NCBI GenBank assembly: GCA_951406725.2
Contig: OX597817.1
Coordinates: forward strand, 18,724,001-18,788,000
Length of the DNA stretch: 64,000 bases
Origin: Octopus vulgaris
Lineage: Eukaryota
Direction: 5' to 3'
Under the pieces are notes generated by a model that ran no database searches, was not told the DNA's origin, and was given only the letters and a program-made list of their open reading frames with translations. Below are positions 12,765 to 25,951 of the stretch, piece after piece; position 1 is the first letter of the stretch, and every line of letters starts with the position of its first letter. A program made the translations under genes and the position numbers.

Positions 12765-15019
12765 TATTTACAGAACAAAATCAAACAAATATATAAATAC
12801 CAAACAATATGAATTCACGATTCATTAAAATTATCTGCGCTCCCAAAGGTAACATATTTGCCTCATGGTATTTAGGATCAATTCCAAAGAAGAGCGGAAG
12901 GTAATCTCAATAATCAAGAATTCTTCAAAACTGTCTGGAAGAGACATTCTGACTGTCTGGAGATAAGACGTGCTTCGGTGGACACGTGTTTCTGTCTGAA
13001 GTGGAATCATCAGTAAAACAGTTTTCTTGCCTTGTTTCCAGCAGACCTGTTACTTGAATATGTGCAATTAAGTGCAGAACATAGTTTTGTCTAAGACATT
13101 TGCACAATTCCATAGAAAATATACATATCTATTGCACAGTGATCATATCACCGAAGTGCGACAGACCTCTTTCATTAAACATACTGTTAAACTAAGAGAG
13201 GAAAGAAACGTAGAAATTGCATATATGGTATTTTCGTAAATATCATGTTTCAATTTCCACAAGTTTCAAATCAAGTTTGTTTTTATCAAACGAATAGCAG
13301 AATAAAAACGCATTCGAAATAGTAGCAAAATGCTAAGGAATAGCTCCCTATCATCTTTCAAAAATGAAGGACACAATGTATAATGCTGCCATTGGTATAT
13401 CGCATCTGAAAAATATAAATGAGATGCATTTATTAAATCATTGCTTCTATTTTTTTCGAATTCCATCTTGGACTACCAAACTACCAAAACAAAAAGCAAA
13501 GTAAAGAATTTCACTGAAATTACAATACACCGATACAATAATGAATTATAATACACCGATACAATAATAAAAGAAGAACACACGCCAGGTTAATTCTTGG
13601 AATGAAAAATGTCAGTTTATATCTATTATATAGAAATCATTAATATGCTCAAATAGTTATAGTAAAACTGGTAGCATTTGTTGTAGGAGTTGCTGTAAAA
13701 TAGCCATAATGATAATAGAAGTAATAATTATTTCTTTATTGAACACCTGTGCAAAAATATATCATCGGATAGTGAAACAAGTTAAAAATGTATTAAAACA
13801 AATAACAGAAAATTTTCCACTTATGACGGCGATGCCGCAATCCAGGTAGTGTCTTGCACTCCACAATTCTGATCACTCATCGTTTAAACCGATTATCTGC
13901 TGTTTTAGCCGATATCACTGTCCTACCACCTCAGGCTCTAGCACCGGTGGCATTAAGAATGAGGGCGTTCCTTTCCTCTCTATTTTCTCTCTATTCATTA
14001 AGAGAATTGCAGCATGTGGGTTCTGTATTCAGTAACAAGAGGAGACACACTTCTAACCCCTTATAACTTCACTGCAAGGGCCTGCTTATCTCGCCCGTCA
14101 CCACCTGTATTGCTCACTACTCATTTTCGGAAGAATCACCTAAGTGGCATTTATTGCAACTTGCATTGTAAGTGAAACTTCTCTGAACTAGCAATGAGAT
14201 TGACTTTATGTTTATTCCTTCGATGGGTTATAATCCCAACATAATTTTGTTGTTTTACTGGCTTTATCGAAACCTGGGTGTTAATGTATACACTAAACTA
14301 GAAAGGCTAAAAATGCAGATACCAACAATAGCATACTCCTTCAGATTCATCTCAGTACCACTGTCTCTAGATTGCATTTTTATCTTGTGGTACTTGGGCT
14401 GTCGTTTAGCTTACAACCTCTCTATGACTTCATATCCCACAATTAGTTTTAAATACTCTAATTTCCCCGGGAGCTTTCCCAGCCCTCATTGTGCCATATA
14501 TCGGCTAGGACTCAACCCATCATTCCTTTTGAGTTCTTAAACTTTCTTTTTCTTTCTCTTTTCCACTTTTTGTAAAACGGAGGTAGTTTGTTTTCGTATT
14601 TGTTCGTTACAGGATAAAATACTCGGACAAAAAAAATCATTTTATTTCTCACGTACGACTTCCCACTTTCGTTTGGAGCCGGTTCATGCCATAAATTCTC
14701 TTGGAGCTGCAGCATTAACAAAAGATGAGTAGCCGTTGTTCTTTGTGCTCTTATTAATGCTTACACAGTTTTCGTCATCTAAGTTGATGTTTTCATGAAT
14801 TTAGATATTGTACTTTTCCCATCGTCACTTTAAATATTTTAGTGTGAAAATATATAATTTATGTAAATCCTTTCGTCCGTACGTTCAACACATCCCTAAA
14901 AAAATGGAATGGAGCATTGTGTATTTTCGTTAATAGCAGCATTTTGTCGATAATCTCCTAGTAATACAAGGAAAAAACATTTTGTAATGGAATACACCAA
15001 GCAGATCGATATTCATAGT

Positions 15020-15277
15020 GGAAGCACTTCGTCGGTTACGACGATGAGGGTTCCGGTTGATCCGAATCAACGGAACAGCCTGCTCGTGAAATTAACGTGT
15101 AAGTGGCTGAGCACTCCACAGACACGTGCACCCTTAACGTAGTTCTCGGGGATATTCAGCGTGACACAGAGAGTGACAAGGCCGGCCCCTTGAAATACAC
15201 GTACAACAGAAACAGGAAGTAAGAGTGAGAGAAAGTTGTGGTGAAAGAGTACAACAGGGATCACCACCATCCCCTGC
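15020..15277 (-). mobile_element. 5'-truncated SINE with an 11-bp TSD
   Basis: Near-identical to the 3' part of the 52919 copy; TSD ATATTCATAGT at 15009-15019 and 15278-15288. Confidence 0.9.
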
Positions 15278-16019
15278 ATATTCATAGTATTTTGTGTATG
15301 TTGGTTTATGTGTTGGTAAGTGTATGTTGGTATGTGTGTGTACGTGTGTGTGCGTGCGGCTGCTTGTAACTACTGCAACCTCTATCGAGCACCACCTGTG
15401 AATGAAAAATACATATTTGAATGTGGAAAAACAACAGCTGTCGTATCCACGAAAGAATGATAAAGCTCATGCTCTGAAAAGCCTACTTTCTCTAAAATCC
15501 GTTTACCAGCAAAGAAACATTTAAAGTTGCCTTCGAATCATGAAAATGTCCTTTATTCTGATGAAAACTCTTGAGGATTTTAAATTTAATTTTACAAATG
15601 TAAGGTTAGAATATCAACCTTGTTCCACGCTGATTTCTACTGGTTAAATATGAGAATAGAAACACTGTTGCACGTATCCATAGAGAGTTATAATGGGGAT
15701 GAGTAGCTGACATTCCTAAGATATTTATCCTGGATACCCACAAAAGTTGGACGCACACTCGGCGAAAAAGTAAACGCTTTAGTCCAGTCAAATGATAACG
15801 AAAACAAATCAGAACTCTCGGGTTGTAATATATAAAGGAAATTACGTGTCTTTTATAGATAAATACACCGATTACAATTGAACTTTTATCTAGAACACTG
15901 TGACATGATTATTACACAAAATGTCACTATATTTGCAGTGAATAGTTAGAAATGAACTCCTTTTATATATAACCGATATTCTAGGAGAGAAACACAGAAG
16001 AAAATGAGCGAAAATATGA

Positions 16020-16072
<53 letters not shown>

Positions 16073-17486
16073 CCTATCTACCTAAATATATGCATGCCTG
16101 TATAAAATGTGGTCACATATTTATTCTTAATGTTTTGCCATGGATCCCCGGCTTGCTTCTTGCAGTTCATTTCATAAAGACAAGTATTCATAAATTTCCA
16201 TAAGAATGTTAGAAACTCAACTGGGTCAGAAGTTACAGAATAGTTTATCCATTTCAATATGCAACTCTCAATTTAGTTACACTTAAACACACACACACAC
16301 ACACAAATATATATATATATATATACATACAAATACTCATATTTATACACATTGACACACAAATACACACATATACAGACAAGCACAGAAGCATACACGA
16401 TAATATTTTTAAAGAAAACTTTGTCCGTCTTCAGTGCATTCAATTGAAAAAGCGTACTTCAATTTGCGTTGAAAATGGGAAGTTTAGTAATAAACATATT
16501 TTATGACATATTTAAATAGATTATCGAGAGGATATTTTTTTTTATCGTAAATATTATTCGCATTTTTACTGCATTATTATATTTACTATATATTTCTTTT
16601 TCTAGTTTGTTGTGTAATAACCATACAGTAGAATATAAGTTACTATGAACATCTTTTTTTTTCTTTAGATGTCAACGATGGATAGTGTAAGATGTTTTGT
16701 TCTTATAGTTAATATTGGAAACCAGACAAAAAAAAAAAAATTGGAAGATTATGGAAAGGTATATTGCGACGCTTAAACAAATGACTAGAAAACATTTTAA
16801 CCATTAACCGACATTCAAATCGTCAATAGATCTTGTCTTCCACTTAAATTTTTCTTGTCATATGTGAGCTTATTGCTAATATTAGTAGGAAACGTAAAGT
16901 AGGAAAAAAATATATGTCATTTTAAATTCATAATTTGTTATGAGTTAAGCGTGGAAGTTTGCCGCGTTTTAGTCACCTGTTCCTTTCTTGTGTTTAGCTA
17001 ATTCCCATACTTGAGTAGCTAATGAAACTAGTGTAAACATCAAGGACGTTATGATTCTCAGTGCTTATGTATTCGAAATTAGCATGATCAATCAGCCTTT
17101 GAGAAATTACCATGATAACGAATTGATATGTATTTGAATGCATCAATCCAATATTCGTGAGTTAACCATAATATTGATTGATTACAAACAGATGGACGCA
17201 GATTTCTTGATAGAAATATGTTTAAAGATTCCTTTATCTAATACACGCAAAATCATGTTAAGTTTGAAGGGGCTTCATTACACACTCGTTCCAAATAATA
17301 ATAGAAAACGAATGCAAGTGCTGCATGTTATTATTATAAATGCTTCATTATTTCGCCAAGGAAAGAATGTAAAGGTGGAAGATGTTGAGACTGTTTAGCC
17401 TTTGTAGGCATTCAGAAGTTTGTAACCAGCTCTTCAGATATAGATCAGCTCTGACGCATTCCCAATCAATCAACCAATCTCTCTCT

Positions 17487-17896
17487 CTCTTTTACTCTTT
17501 TACTTGTTTCAGTCATGTGACTGCGGCCATGCTGGAGCACCGCCTTTAGTCGAGCAAATCGACCCCGGGACTTATTCTTTGTAAGCCCGGTACTTATTCT
17601 ATCGTCCTCTTTTTGCCGAACCGCTAAGTGACGGGGAAGTAAACACACCAGCATCGGTTGTCAAGCAATGCTAGGGGGACAAACACAGACACACAAACAC
17701 ACACACGCATATATATATATATATACATATATACGACAGGCTTCTTTCAGTTTCCGTCTACCAAATCCACCCACAAGGCATTGGTCGGCCCGGGGCTATA
17801 GCAGAAGACACTTGCCCAAGATGCCACGCAGTGGGACTGAACCCGGAACCATGTGGTTGGTTAGCAAGCTACTTACCACACAGCCACTCTTACGCC
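17487..17896 (-). mobile_element. tRNA-derived SINE, main family (full length)
   Basis: A-box TGGCTGTGTGG, B-box GGTTCAGTCCC, internal TA/TG microsatellite and (GTAAAAGA)n tail. Six near-complete copies occur in the window. Confidence 0.9.
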
Positions 17897-18232
17897 TATA
17901 GTGTTTTCCAATTTAATAAGGCAACAACACTGCTATTCAAGAGAAAAGATCCAATCGACAGCATGGAGTTCTTCTGCTGCAGGACAACGATCGCCCTCAT
18001 ATCGCCAATATGACCAAAGAAAGCTATTCAAACGCAAAGCTGGGAATGCTTCATTCCGACATTTTTTTTGAAAATTGAAATTTTACAGATTTTTTTTCTT
18101 CAGAATTATAATCTCATTTTTTTAATGTATTTTACCCAATTTTATTTTTTTAAAAAGTGAAAATTTAAGAAATTTAACTTTTGTAAAGAGTTATGTCAAT
18201 CTTTTATAAATTATTATTATTATTATTATTAT

Positions 18233-18585
18233 TGAGTGAGAGAGCAGTTCATGCCATCAAAGTGACACTGGGGTAAAATATACGAAGCCCAGTATACCCA
18301 TCATGACTACCCGTCTGATAAGGGTACATCAGGCACATGCATCACAACCATATGTGCGCGACATGGTGATCTCATATCAAGATAAACAGCTCATGACCTT
18401 GCAGGTGGGGCCCAGTTAGAATTTTCTTCAGGTTGAGTAACCCATCCCGCTCAAAAGGTCCCTGAATAAGGATTGTTTAAGGATGTTGAAAGAACCACCC
18501 ATGTTTCCAGAGGTGAATTATTCAAACCCCAAAGAATCCCTCTCAACACATGGCTATGATGCTCCCCCAGGCTATGATGCTCCCC

Positions 18586-18587
<2 letters not shown>
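18233..18587 (-). mobile_element. ~350-bp element embedded in (TTA)n; possibly the 3' end of a TAA-targeting R4/Dong-type retroelement
   Basis: (TTA)n on both sides and an 18-bp tandem duplication GGCTATGATGCTCCCCCA at one junction. Family assignment and strand are inferred. Confidence 0.45.
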
Positions 18588-18669
<82 letters not shown>

Positions 18670-19829
18670 GGCGAAAAACTGGCAGAATCGTTAGCATGTT
18701 GGATAAAATGCTTAGTTGTAAGTTGTGATCTCAGGCAGTGTTGTCACTTTTTCATGCGGGTCGGACCGTAATATATAGGCTCGCTTGCTGGATGGTTGGA
18801 TGGTGGATCTCTTTGGGGTTCAGTTTGCTCACTAGCTTCTGCAGTTCCAGTCGATACAGTTGCTCATAAAACTTTAGTACGGAATTGAATTATTGAAAAA
18901 TAACAAGGTGTTAGCGGATTAAATAGGGCTGTCGGGTCTGGTAAACGGCTTGGTTCAAAGAAGGAAACATAGAGCATGACATGGTTACCGCTAAATGATC
19001 ACAATTTGCCTTAGTTTAGTTTTAGTTTTGAATCTCATGCAATTGGTTCATCATAATTTGTGATATATTTTTACTGACACACATCTGCTTTGTCTGCCTT
19101 CAGAGCCTTCTAGCTATATGTATGGTTCTTTTGACATATTTTTCCATATCTAGAATTTGGTGATATAACAGTTGATGCTAACTATTGGATACGAATAAAA
19201 AGTTAACTTTCAGAAGTAAAATATTGTCCCTTCGAAAAGAATTTCATTTCAGTATACTGTTGATAAATGTCAATAATACCTTTGACATTTGTCAAAGGTC
19301 TCCTTTCCTTATATTTTTCATATATTACATCGACTCTTCTAGATTTTCAAAGTTACATAATCAGAGCGCAAATGATCTCGGAGTACATAGCGATCACATT
19401 TAGAGGGAGCGATGCTATCCATGTAGACTTTGTCTCCGAAATTTCATATTTGACTCTTAGATTTATGCGTCAAAATAAAGGCAGTTTGTTTGGTCGTATA
19501 TGTGTTTATGCTTGCACCATGTTGTCTTATGCGTAGCATTTCTCTTATTAATAATTTATTTTATTGCGTGATTCTATTTGGAATGGATGTGTAACCTCCC
19601 GAATTCCAAATTCCAGAGAGTAGTGTTTACAAGCGTGGAATCCGCATACAATTAAAGAAACAATTAAATAAGATTCTGATAATAACGCTGTGAATGCCTA
19701 GAGAAGAATCTTTGAACTTGGATTTAGGAAATTTATTGTTACAAAGGAACGGAATTTGCCTCTCCGACGATATGAAAAATATTTAACAAGAATGAAAAAT
19801 AAAACATAACGTATGCACCTGTAATATTT

Positions 19830-20266
19830 GGATGTTTTCGGTTTGAACGGCAGTTTTTAACATAATTTCTAGGTAACTAAAAAATTTTAAGCTTCCTATA
19901 CTGGTAGAATGTGTTTATAAAACATATTTTTCTCTTGGCTTTATTGAGAAAATTCTATAGTTTGTAAGATATTTGTTGTTTTTTTTCTTCAATTGTTGCA
20001 ATTTCAACCAATCACTGACGTCTATTGAAGTAAAAACCATTCTGTGCCGTATGAATATGTCCTTCGTTTAAGAAACAGATTGGGTTTATTTACATTTGTG
20101 AAGAAAAAAGATATCCTTCCCTCCACTCCTAACCCTAACCATAACCCTAACTAACCCTAACCCTAAAACAGATTGAAATGCAATAGATCGATACTAGGGT
20201 CATAATTATGGGTGAAAATTTCATATGACACCGCTAGAAAAACTGCCGTTCAAACCAAAGAGATCC
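19830..20266. mobile_element. MITE with GG...CC termini, 8-bp TSD and internal (CCCTAA)n; Merlin-like
   Basis: TIRs GGATGTTTTCGGTTTGAACGGCAGTTTT / AAAACTGCCGTTCAAACCAAAGAGATCC; TSD TAATATTT at 19822-19829 and 20267-20274. Confidence 0.85.
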
Positions 20267-20585
20267 TAATATTTGTATATTGATGGAGGAACTGGTTACT
20301 TTTCGCTGTTAGATTATACTATAAAGTAAGCGTTGCTGTCCACTTATGAACTGTTCCATCGGTAATTTGTTGATCACTTTCGACAACCTAATTCAATTAA
20401 AGAGCAAGGTGATTGCTTATTGAAGGAAATATAGCTTATTATTAGCCCTCGTAATCATTCTCTTCTTTTTCTTATCCTAGGTTGTCGGAGTTCATTTACC
20501 ATTGTAATTAATTTCTCTTTAACTCTCCAAACTCTCCGTCCTCAAATTCGAATTTATCAATCATAAGGTAATCACTACTTAGAGC

Positions 20586-20639
<54 letters not shown>

Positions 20640-20669
20640 TTGAGTTGTGGGGTATCGCACGAGTGGGAT

Positions 20670-21512
20670 TATATATGAAAAAAGGTTTGAAAATGCAATT
20701 TAAACGATGTTTATTTACTTAACCGGTTTCACTCTTTGTTAAAAAGATTGTCAAAAGTAACATTGAATATTATGGGTTCAAAAAAAGTTTTTTACATAAT
20801 TGTCACATTGAATATTATGAATTCAAAAATGTTTTTTTATACATAATTGTCACATTACATGTATAAATATAGTATAAAAAAGTTCAATAGTGTGATGAGA
20901 ATATTTGGAAAAATTGGCAGAAAAGAATAAAACAAATATATTATTGGAAATTTGGTTGCGTTAATTATTGGTTGTCGCAAATTGTCACATTACATGTATA
21001 TATATACAGTCTTTGGTAGAAATGACATGTTAAAGACATAAGGAAGTGTAATAGTTTGGTGAGAAAGCTTGTAATATTGACAGAGAAAATTAAAATGGAT
21101 ATTTTAGACATCTCAGAATATTTTGAATCGAAGGCGAGAATTTGTTTTTTACTGACCTGTTTGTTTTAGCAGAAAAGTTGAATTGAGAGAAAAAAAGATA
21201 TGTACCCAATTTGGTTTATACTTCCCCTTCAAGCATCAGTGACTTTGGGGTTATTGGGAGGTGAGTATGCGGGTGTGAATAGATGTGTCCGTGTGCCTGC
21301 TGGTCAGACAGCGTCTGTTTGTCACACACATATATACACACACACACACAACAACAATACACACACACACATAGTATACACACACACACCACATACACAC
21401 AACACACACACACACAGAACACACACACACACAACGCACCCACATATATAATATATACACACAGCACACAAATATAACATGTATTTATATATAATATACA
21501 CACATATATAAA

Positions 21513-21560
<48 letters not shown>

Positions 21561-21640
21561 CACACGCACACATATATACATAATATAAATATCACACAAA
21601 TACACCTAGCATATATATACACATACAATACACATACACA
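20670..21640 (-). repeat. PLE 3' pseudo-LTR (left arm of the inverted repeat)
   Basis: Near-perfect reverse complement of 24989-25961. Confidence 0.95.
20715..20760 (-). ncRNA. Minimal type-I hammerhead ribozyme, U3-A8 variant (sense to the PLE ORF)
   Basis: TTACTT-TTGACAA-TCTTTTTAACAAAGAGT-GAAA-CCGG-TT-AAGTAA: 6-bp stem I, stem II, palindromic ACCGGT stem III, GUU site. Confidence 0.7.
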
Positions 21641-22345
21641 GCATGTATATAATACACATACACAATATATGCATGCAATATACATACGCAATACATACAT
21701 ATAATATATATATATATAGACAATGCATATACATATATACATATATACATATAAATAGTGTTTACATACACATACATAGATATACCACATATACACACAA
21801 TATACATACATACAATGCATACATATACACGTACGCATACATATAAAATATATAGACACACACACACATAACATACATACACAATGCATACATATATATA
21901 CACGCAACGTATATACATGTATTCATGTATATATAGCACACTTACAATATACATATATACAATGCACACATACACACATATATACACTTAATTGTACACA
22001 TACATATACAATACACATACATACAATATACATATACACAATGCGCATGCAAATAATGCACATGTTTATACACCCATATACATGAAAATATATATACACA
22101 CACACACATACACACACACATATATATATATACACATATATATATATATATACACATATACATACATACATACATGCACATACATATATTTTTTCACACA
22201 CATACACACACATATATATATAAAATTCACACACACACCCACACACACAAAATACAAACCTATAGTGTACACACTCAAATATATCTCTACATACCGCACA
22301 CACACACAAACAATGTACTCACATATACACACATACCATGCATAT

Positions 22346-22388
<43 letters not shown>

Positions 22389-22807
22389 AACAAATACACA
22401 TGTAAATACATACACTCGTACACAATGCTCACACACACACACATACACACACACACGCACACAGTGCACACACACACACATATATACACACGTGCACACA
22501 CACACACAACGCGCGCACACACACACACATACACACACGCACACAGTGCACACACACACACACACATAAACACACGCGCACACACACACACACAACGTGC
22601 ACACTCACACACACACACACAACACTCACACACATACATAACCTACATATATATAATGCATGCGTGTGCGTGCCACGTATGTGTGCGGTCAATGCCCGCT
22701 AGTGTGTCCTATGCGTGCCGATGCGCGCATGTGCCCACCCGCACGATATGCTGTGAGTGTGCGCGTGCCCCTGTGTGCCTGCTCTGGATGTGTGCCCAGG
22801 GGGTATG

Positions 22808-24865
22808 TTAGAGTATGTTTAGTTGTGGTCTGTATTTTTGAATAAGATTACTTTCCTTATTTATTCGTGTTTGGTCTGTGGTGTTGTCCGAGCATTGGTA
22901 TAGTGGGAAGACTAAGAATTTGGGGGACTTATTGTGTGCACAAAGGTCTAAGTGTCCACTTAGTGGTATCTGTCTTGTGGAGGGGTCCCTCAGTTGTTGT
23001 CGGTGAACTGTCATTCTTTCTCTGAGGGTAAGGCTCGTTTGCCCTATGTAGTCTTCGTGGCATCCTTCACACCTTATGACGTAGAGTAAATTTTTTGATG
23101 CGCACGTGAAATTATTTTTTATGATGAATGTGTGTCCCGAGTGGAACTTGTACGACGATCCCTCAATGAGGTGGATGCAGGTCTTGCAATTGGGGCGACC
23201 ACATTTTTTGATGGTGGGCGGTGGGTTTGTGTTGTGTAATTTTGCGTTGGTGAGGAGGTTTTTTAGGGATTTAGGTTGTCTCTTACTTTTTATTATTTTA
23301 TGAGCTGCCAGTATTTTTTTCAGGCGTGGGTCTTGATTTAGTTGTGGAATGTTGTTGTATATAATAGTGTAAGCTTCTGCATTCCTTGGGTTGTGTGTTG
23401 AGAGATAGGGGAGGCTATTTACTGAACTGTGGATGTGTTTGGGTTTTCGTAGGTCTTGAATGTTGATTGATTTGGCCCGTTCTATTCCGTTGTCTACTAG
23501 TGATGCCGGGTAATGTCTTTCGAGAAGAATTGCCCTTAGTTCCCGGAGTCTTCTATTTCGTGTTGTGTCATTTGAGACAATAGTGCAGATTCTTCTCGCT
23601 AGGTTAAAGGGGATATTTGTCTTTGTGTGTTTTGGGTGATTGGAGGTGAATAGAAGGTATTGTTTAGAGTCAGTGGGTTTGTAATGGATGTCAGTTTCAA
23701 TGTTGACGCCTTTTTTAATGATTAGGATGTCAAGAAAAGGGAGTTGGTCCTGACTATATTCCATTGTGAATTGAATGTTGTTATTAACACTGTTGATAAG
23801 GTTTTTGAAGTCTTTAAGTTGGTCGAGTGTGTGGGACCATAGGATGAGGCAATCATCTAAGTAGCGTTTCCAGTTCTCCAACAGGTATTTGTGGAAAGAC
23901 TGGCCGTACTTATATTTGGATTTTTCATAGATATGTGATTCCAGGTAGGCCATCACCAGGTTTGCATAGGTAGGTGCAACTTTCGTACCCATTGCAGTTC
24001 CTGAGACCTGTCTGTAAGTGTTGTTGTGGAAATACATGAAGTTGTTTTGCAGAATAAATTTGAGGCCCTCAATTATGAATTCTTTTTTAATTCTTTCCGG
24101 GATCTCATTGGGATATTTATCCAGCCAGAATTTAATGGCTTCCAGTCCATATTCATGTGGGATTGTGGTGTAAAGATTAATAACATCAAAAGAAACGATT
24201 AAGGTGTCTTTATCGGCATGTTTGGGGAGATGATTTAATAGGTCCAGGTCATCTCTTACAATACTTGGAATGTGTTTCAGTATTGGCTTTAAGATGATAT
24301 CTATAAAGTTGCTAAGTCTGTGTGTTTCACAACTTGGGCCTGCCACTATTGGTCTCAGTTTGAGATCAGTGGGATGTGGTATAGTGATGCAGGTTGAAGT
24401 GGACTTTTTGCAAGCTTCTGTGATAATTTGACTCTTGTGTATTTTTGGAAGCCCATAGAGTGTGCTGGTTTTGCAATTAAATTTAGTAATGTAGTCGCAT
24501 TCCTTTGCTGTCAAGTCATTCCGGTGTTGGTAAATGAGTGCCTTCAGTTTGGTCATTGTTTTGGATTGCTGGTAGTCGACTACTCTCTCATAGTATGTGG
24601 TATCCTCTAAAAGGAGAGATACAGAGTTTTTATATTGCTCAGTGTTCATAACAACGACCGTACTACCCTTATCAGCTTCCTTTATTGTGACGTTATGATT
24701 GTCTCGTAGCGTATGTATGATTTCCCATTCTCTTTTACTGGTGTTGGGTTTGAGTTTAGGTTGTGGGAGTTCACCATAAGGGAAGTTTGAGATGTAATCG
24801 CAAAATTTGTCTAAGGTTTTGTTTTTGCCTTTTATGGGATTATAGTTGCTTTTGTTACGGACCAT
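22808..24865 (-). CDS. PLE polyprotein: reverse transcriptase + Cys linker + GIY-YIG endonuclease
   Basis: Motifs KEADKG, YGLPKIHK, RPIV, FDVINLYT, GTAMG..APTYAN, RYLDD, PFLD; CGRPNCKTC linker; LYVIRC..C..DYIGQT..RERM..H. The upstream N-terminal part (PTP..DISHFCRKLRL) is frameshifted near 24880 and truncated at ~24985. Confidence 0.95.
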   Translation of the reverse strand: MVRNKSNYNPIKGKNKTLDKFCDYISNFPYGELPQPKLKPNTSKREWEIIHTLRDNHNVTIKEADKGSTVVVMNTEQYKNSVSLLLEDTTYYERVVDYQQSKTMTKLKALIYQHRNDLTAKECDYITKFNCKTSTLYGLPKIHKSQIITEACKKSTSTCITIPHPTDLKLRPIVAGPSCETHRLSNFIDIILKPILKHIPSIVRDDLDLLNHLPKHADKDTLIVSFDVINLYTTIPHEYGLEAIKFWLDKYPNEIPERIKKEFIIEGLKFILQNNFMYFHNNTYRQVSGTAMGTKVAPTYANLVMAYLESHIYEKSKYKYGQSFHKYLLENWKRYLDDCLILWSHTLDQLKDFKNLINSVNNNIQFTMEYSQDQLPFLDILIIKKGVNIETDIHYKPTDSKQYLLFTSNHPKHTKTNIPFNLARRICTIVSNDTTRNRRLRELRAILLERHYPASLVDNGIERAKSINIQDLRKPKHIHSSVNSLPYLSTHNPRNAEAYTIIYNNIPQLNQDPRLKKILAAHKIIKSKRQPKSLKNLLTNAKLHNTNPPPTIKKCGRPNCKTCIHLIEGSSYKFHSGHTFIIKNNFTCASKNLLYVIRCEGCHEDYIGQTSLTLRERMTVHRQQLRDPSTRQIPLSGHLDLCAHNKSPKFLVFPLYQCSDNTTDQTRINKESNLIQKYRPQLNIL

Positions 24866-24988
24866 TGATTCGTCGTTATTATTAGTTTTCCTGTCAAAGA
24901 ATTCCTCTGTGAGGCGTAATTTTCTGCAAAAGTGTGAGATGTCATCCTGTATTTCCCTCAGGTTAGGGTATTGCGGAGTTGGGGTGTA

Positions 24989-25068
24989 TGTGTATGTGTA
25001 TTGTATGTGTATATATATGCTAGGTGTATTTGTGTGATATTTATATTATGTATATATGTGTGCGTGTG

Positions 25069-25107
<39 letters not shown>

Positions 25108-25951
25108 GTGTGTGTATGTTTTATATATGTGTGTATATTATATATAAATACATGTTATATTTGTGTGCTGTGTGTATATATTATATATGTGGGTGCGTTG
25201 TGTGTGTGTGTGTTCTGTGTGTGTGTGTGTTGTGTGTATGTGGTGTGTGTGTGTATACTATGTGTGTGTGTGTATTGTTGTTGTGTGTGTGTGTGTATAT
25301 ATGTGTGTGACAAACAGACGCTGTCTGACCAGCAGGCACACGGACACATCTATTCACACCCGCATACTCACCTCCCAATAACCCCAAAGTCACTGATGCT
25401 TGAAGGGGAAGTATAAACCAAATTGGGTACATATCTTTTTTTCTCTCAATTCAACTTTTCTGCTAAAACAAACAGGTCAGTAAAAAACAAATTCTCGCCT
25501 TCGATTCAAAATATTCTGAGATGTCTAAAATATCCATTTTAATTTTCTCTGTCAATATTACAAGCTTTCTCACCAAACTATTACACTTCCTTATGTCTTT
25601 AACATGTCATTTCTACCAAAGACTGTATATATATACATGTAATGTGACAATTTGCGACAACCAATAATTAACGCAACCAAATTTCCAATAATATATTTGT
25701 TTTATTCTTTTCTGCCAATTTTTCCAAATATTCTCATCACACTATTGAACTTTTTTATACTATATTTATACATGTAATGTGACAATTATGTATAAAAAAA
25801 CATTTTTGAATTCATAATATTCAATGTGACAATTATGTAAAAAACTTTTTTTGAACCCATAATATTCAATGTTACTTTTGACAATCTTTTTAACAAAGAG
25901 TGAAACCGGTTAAGTAAATAAACATCGTTTAAATTGCATTTTCAAACCTTT

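Noticed and set aside
12925-13113. Possible host-gene exon (also candidates near 2578 and 4220)
   Set aside because: No recognisable protein motif and no consistent splice chain; RNA-seq would be needed.
13800-14520. Possible R2/NeSL-like non-LTR remnant
   Set aside because: Too decayed to identify by eye.
20128-20166. Telomere or chromosome-fusion relic
   Set aside because: It is a short array internal to a TIR element with a TSD.
21200-22845. Many overlapping ORFs rich in C/V/Y/I/H/T
   Set aside because: They are translations of CA/TA microsatellites; the same applies to similar ORFs across the window.
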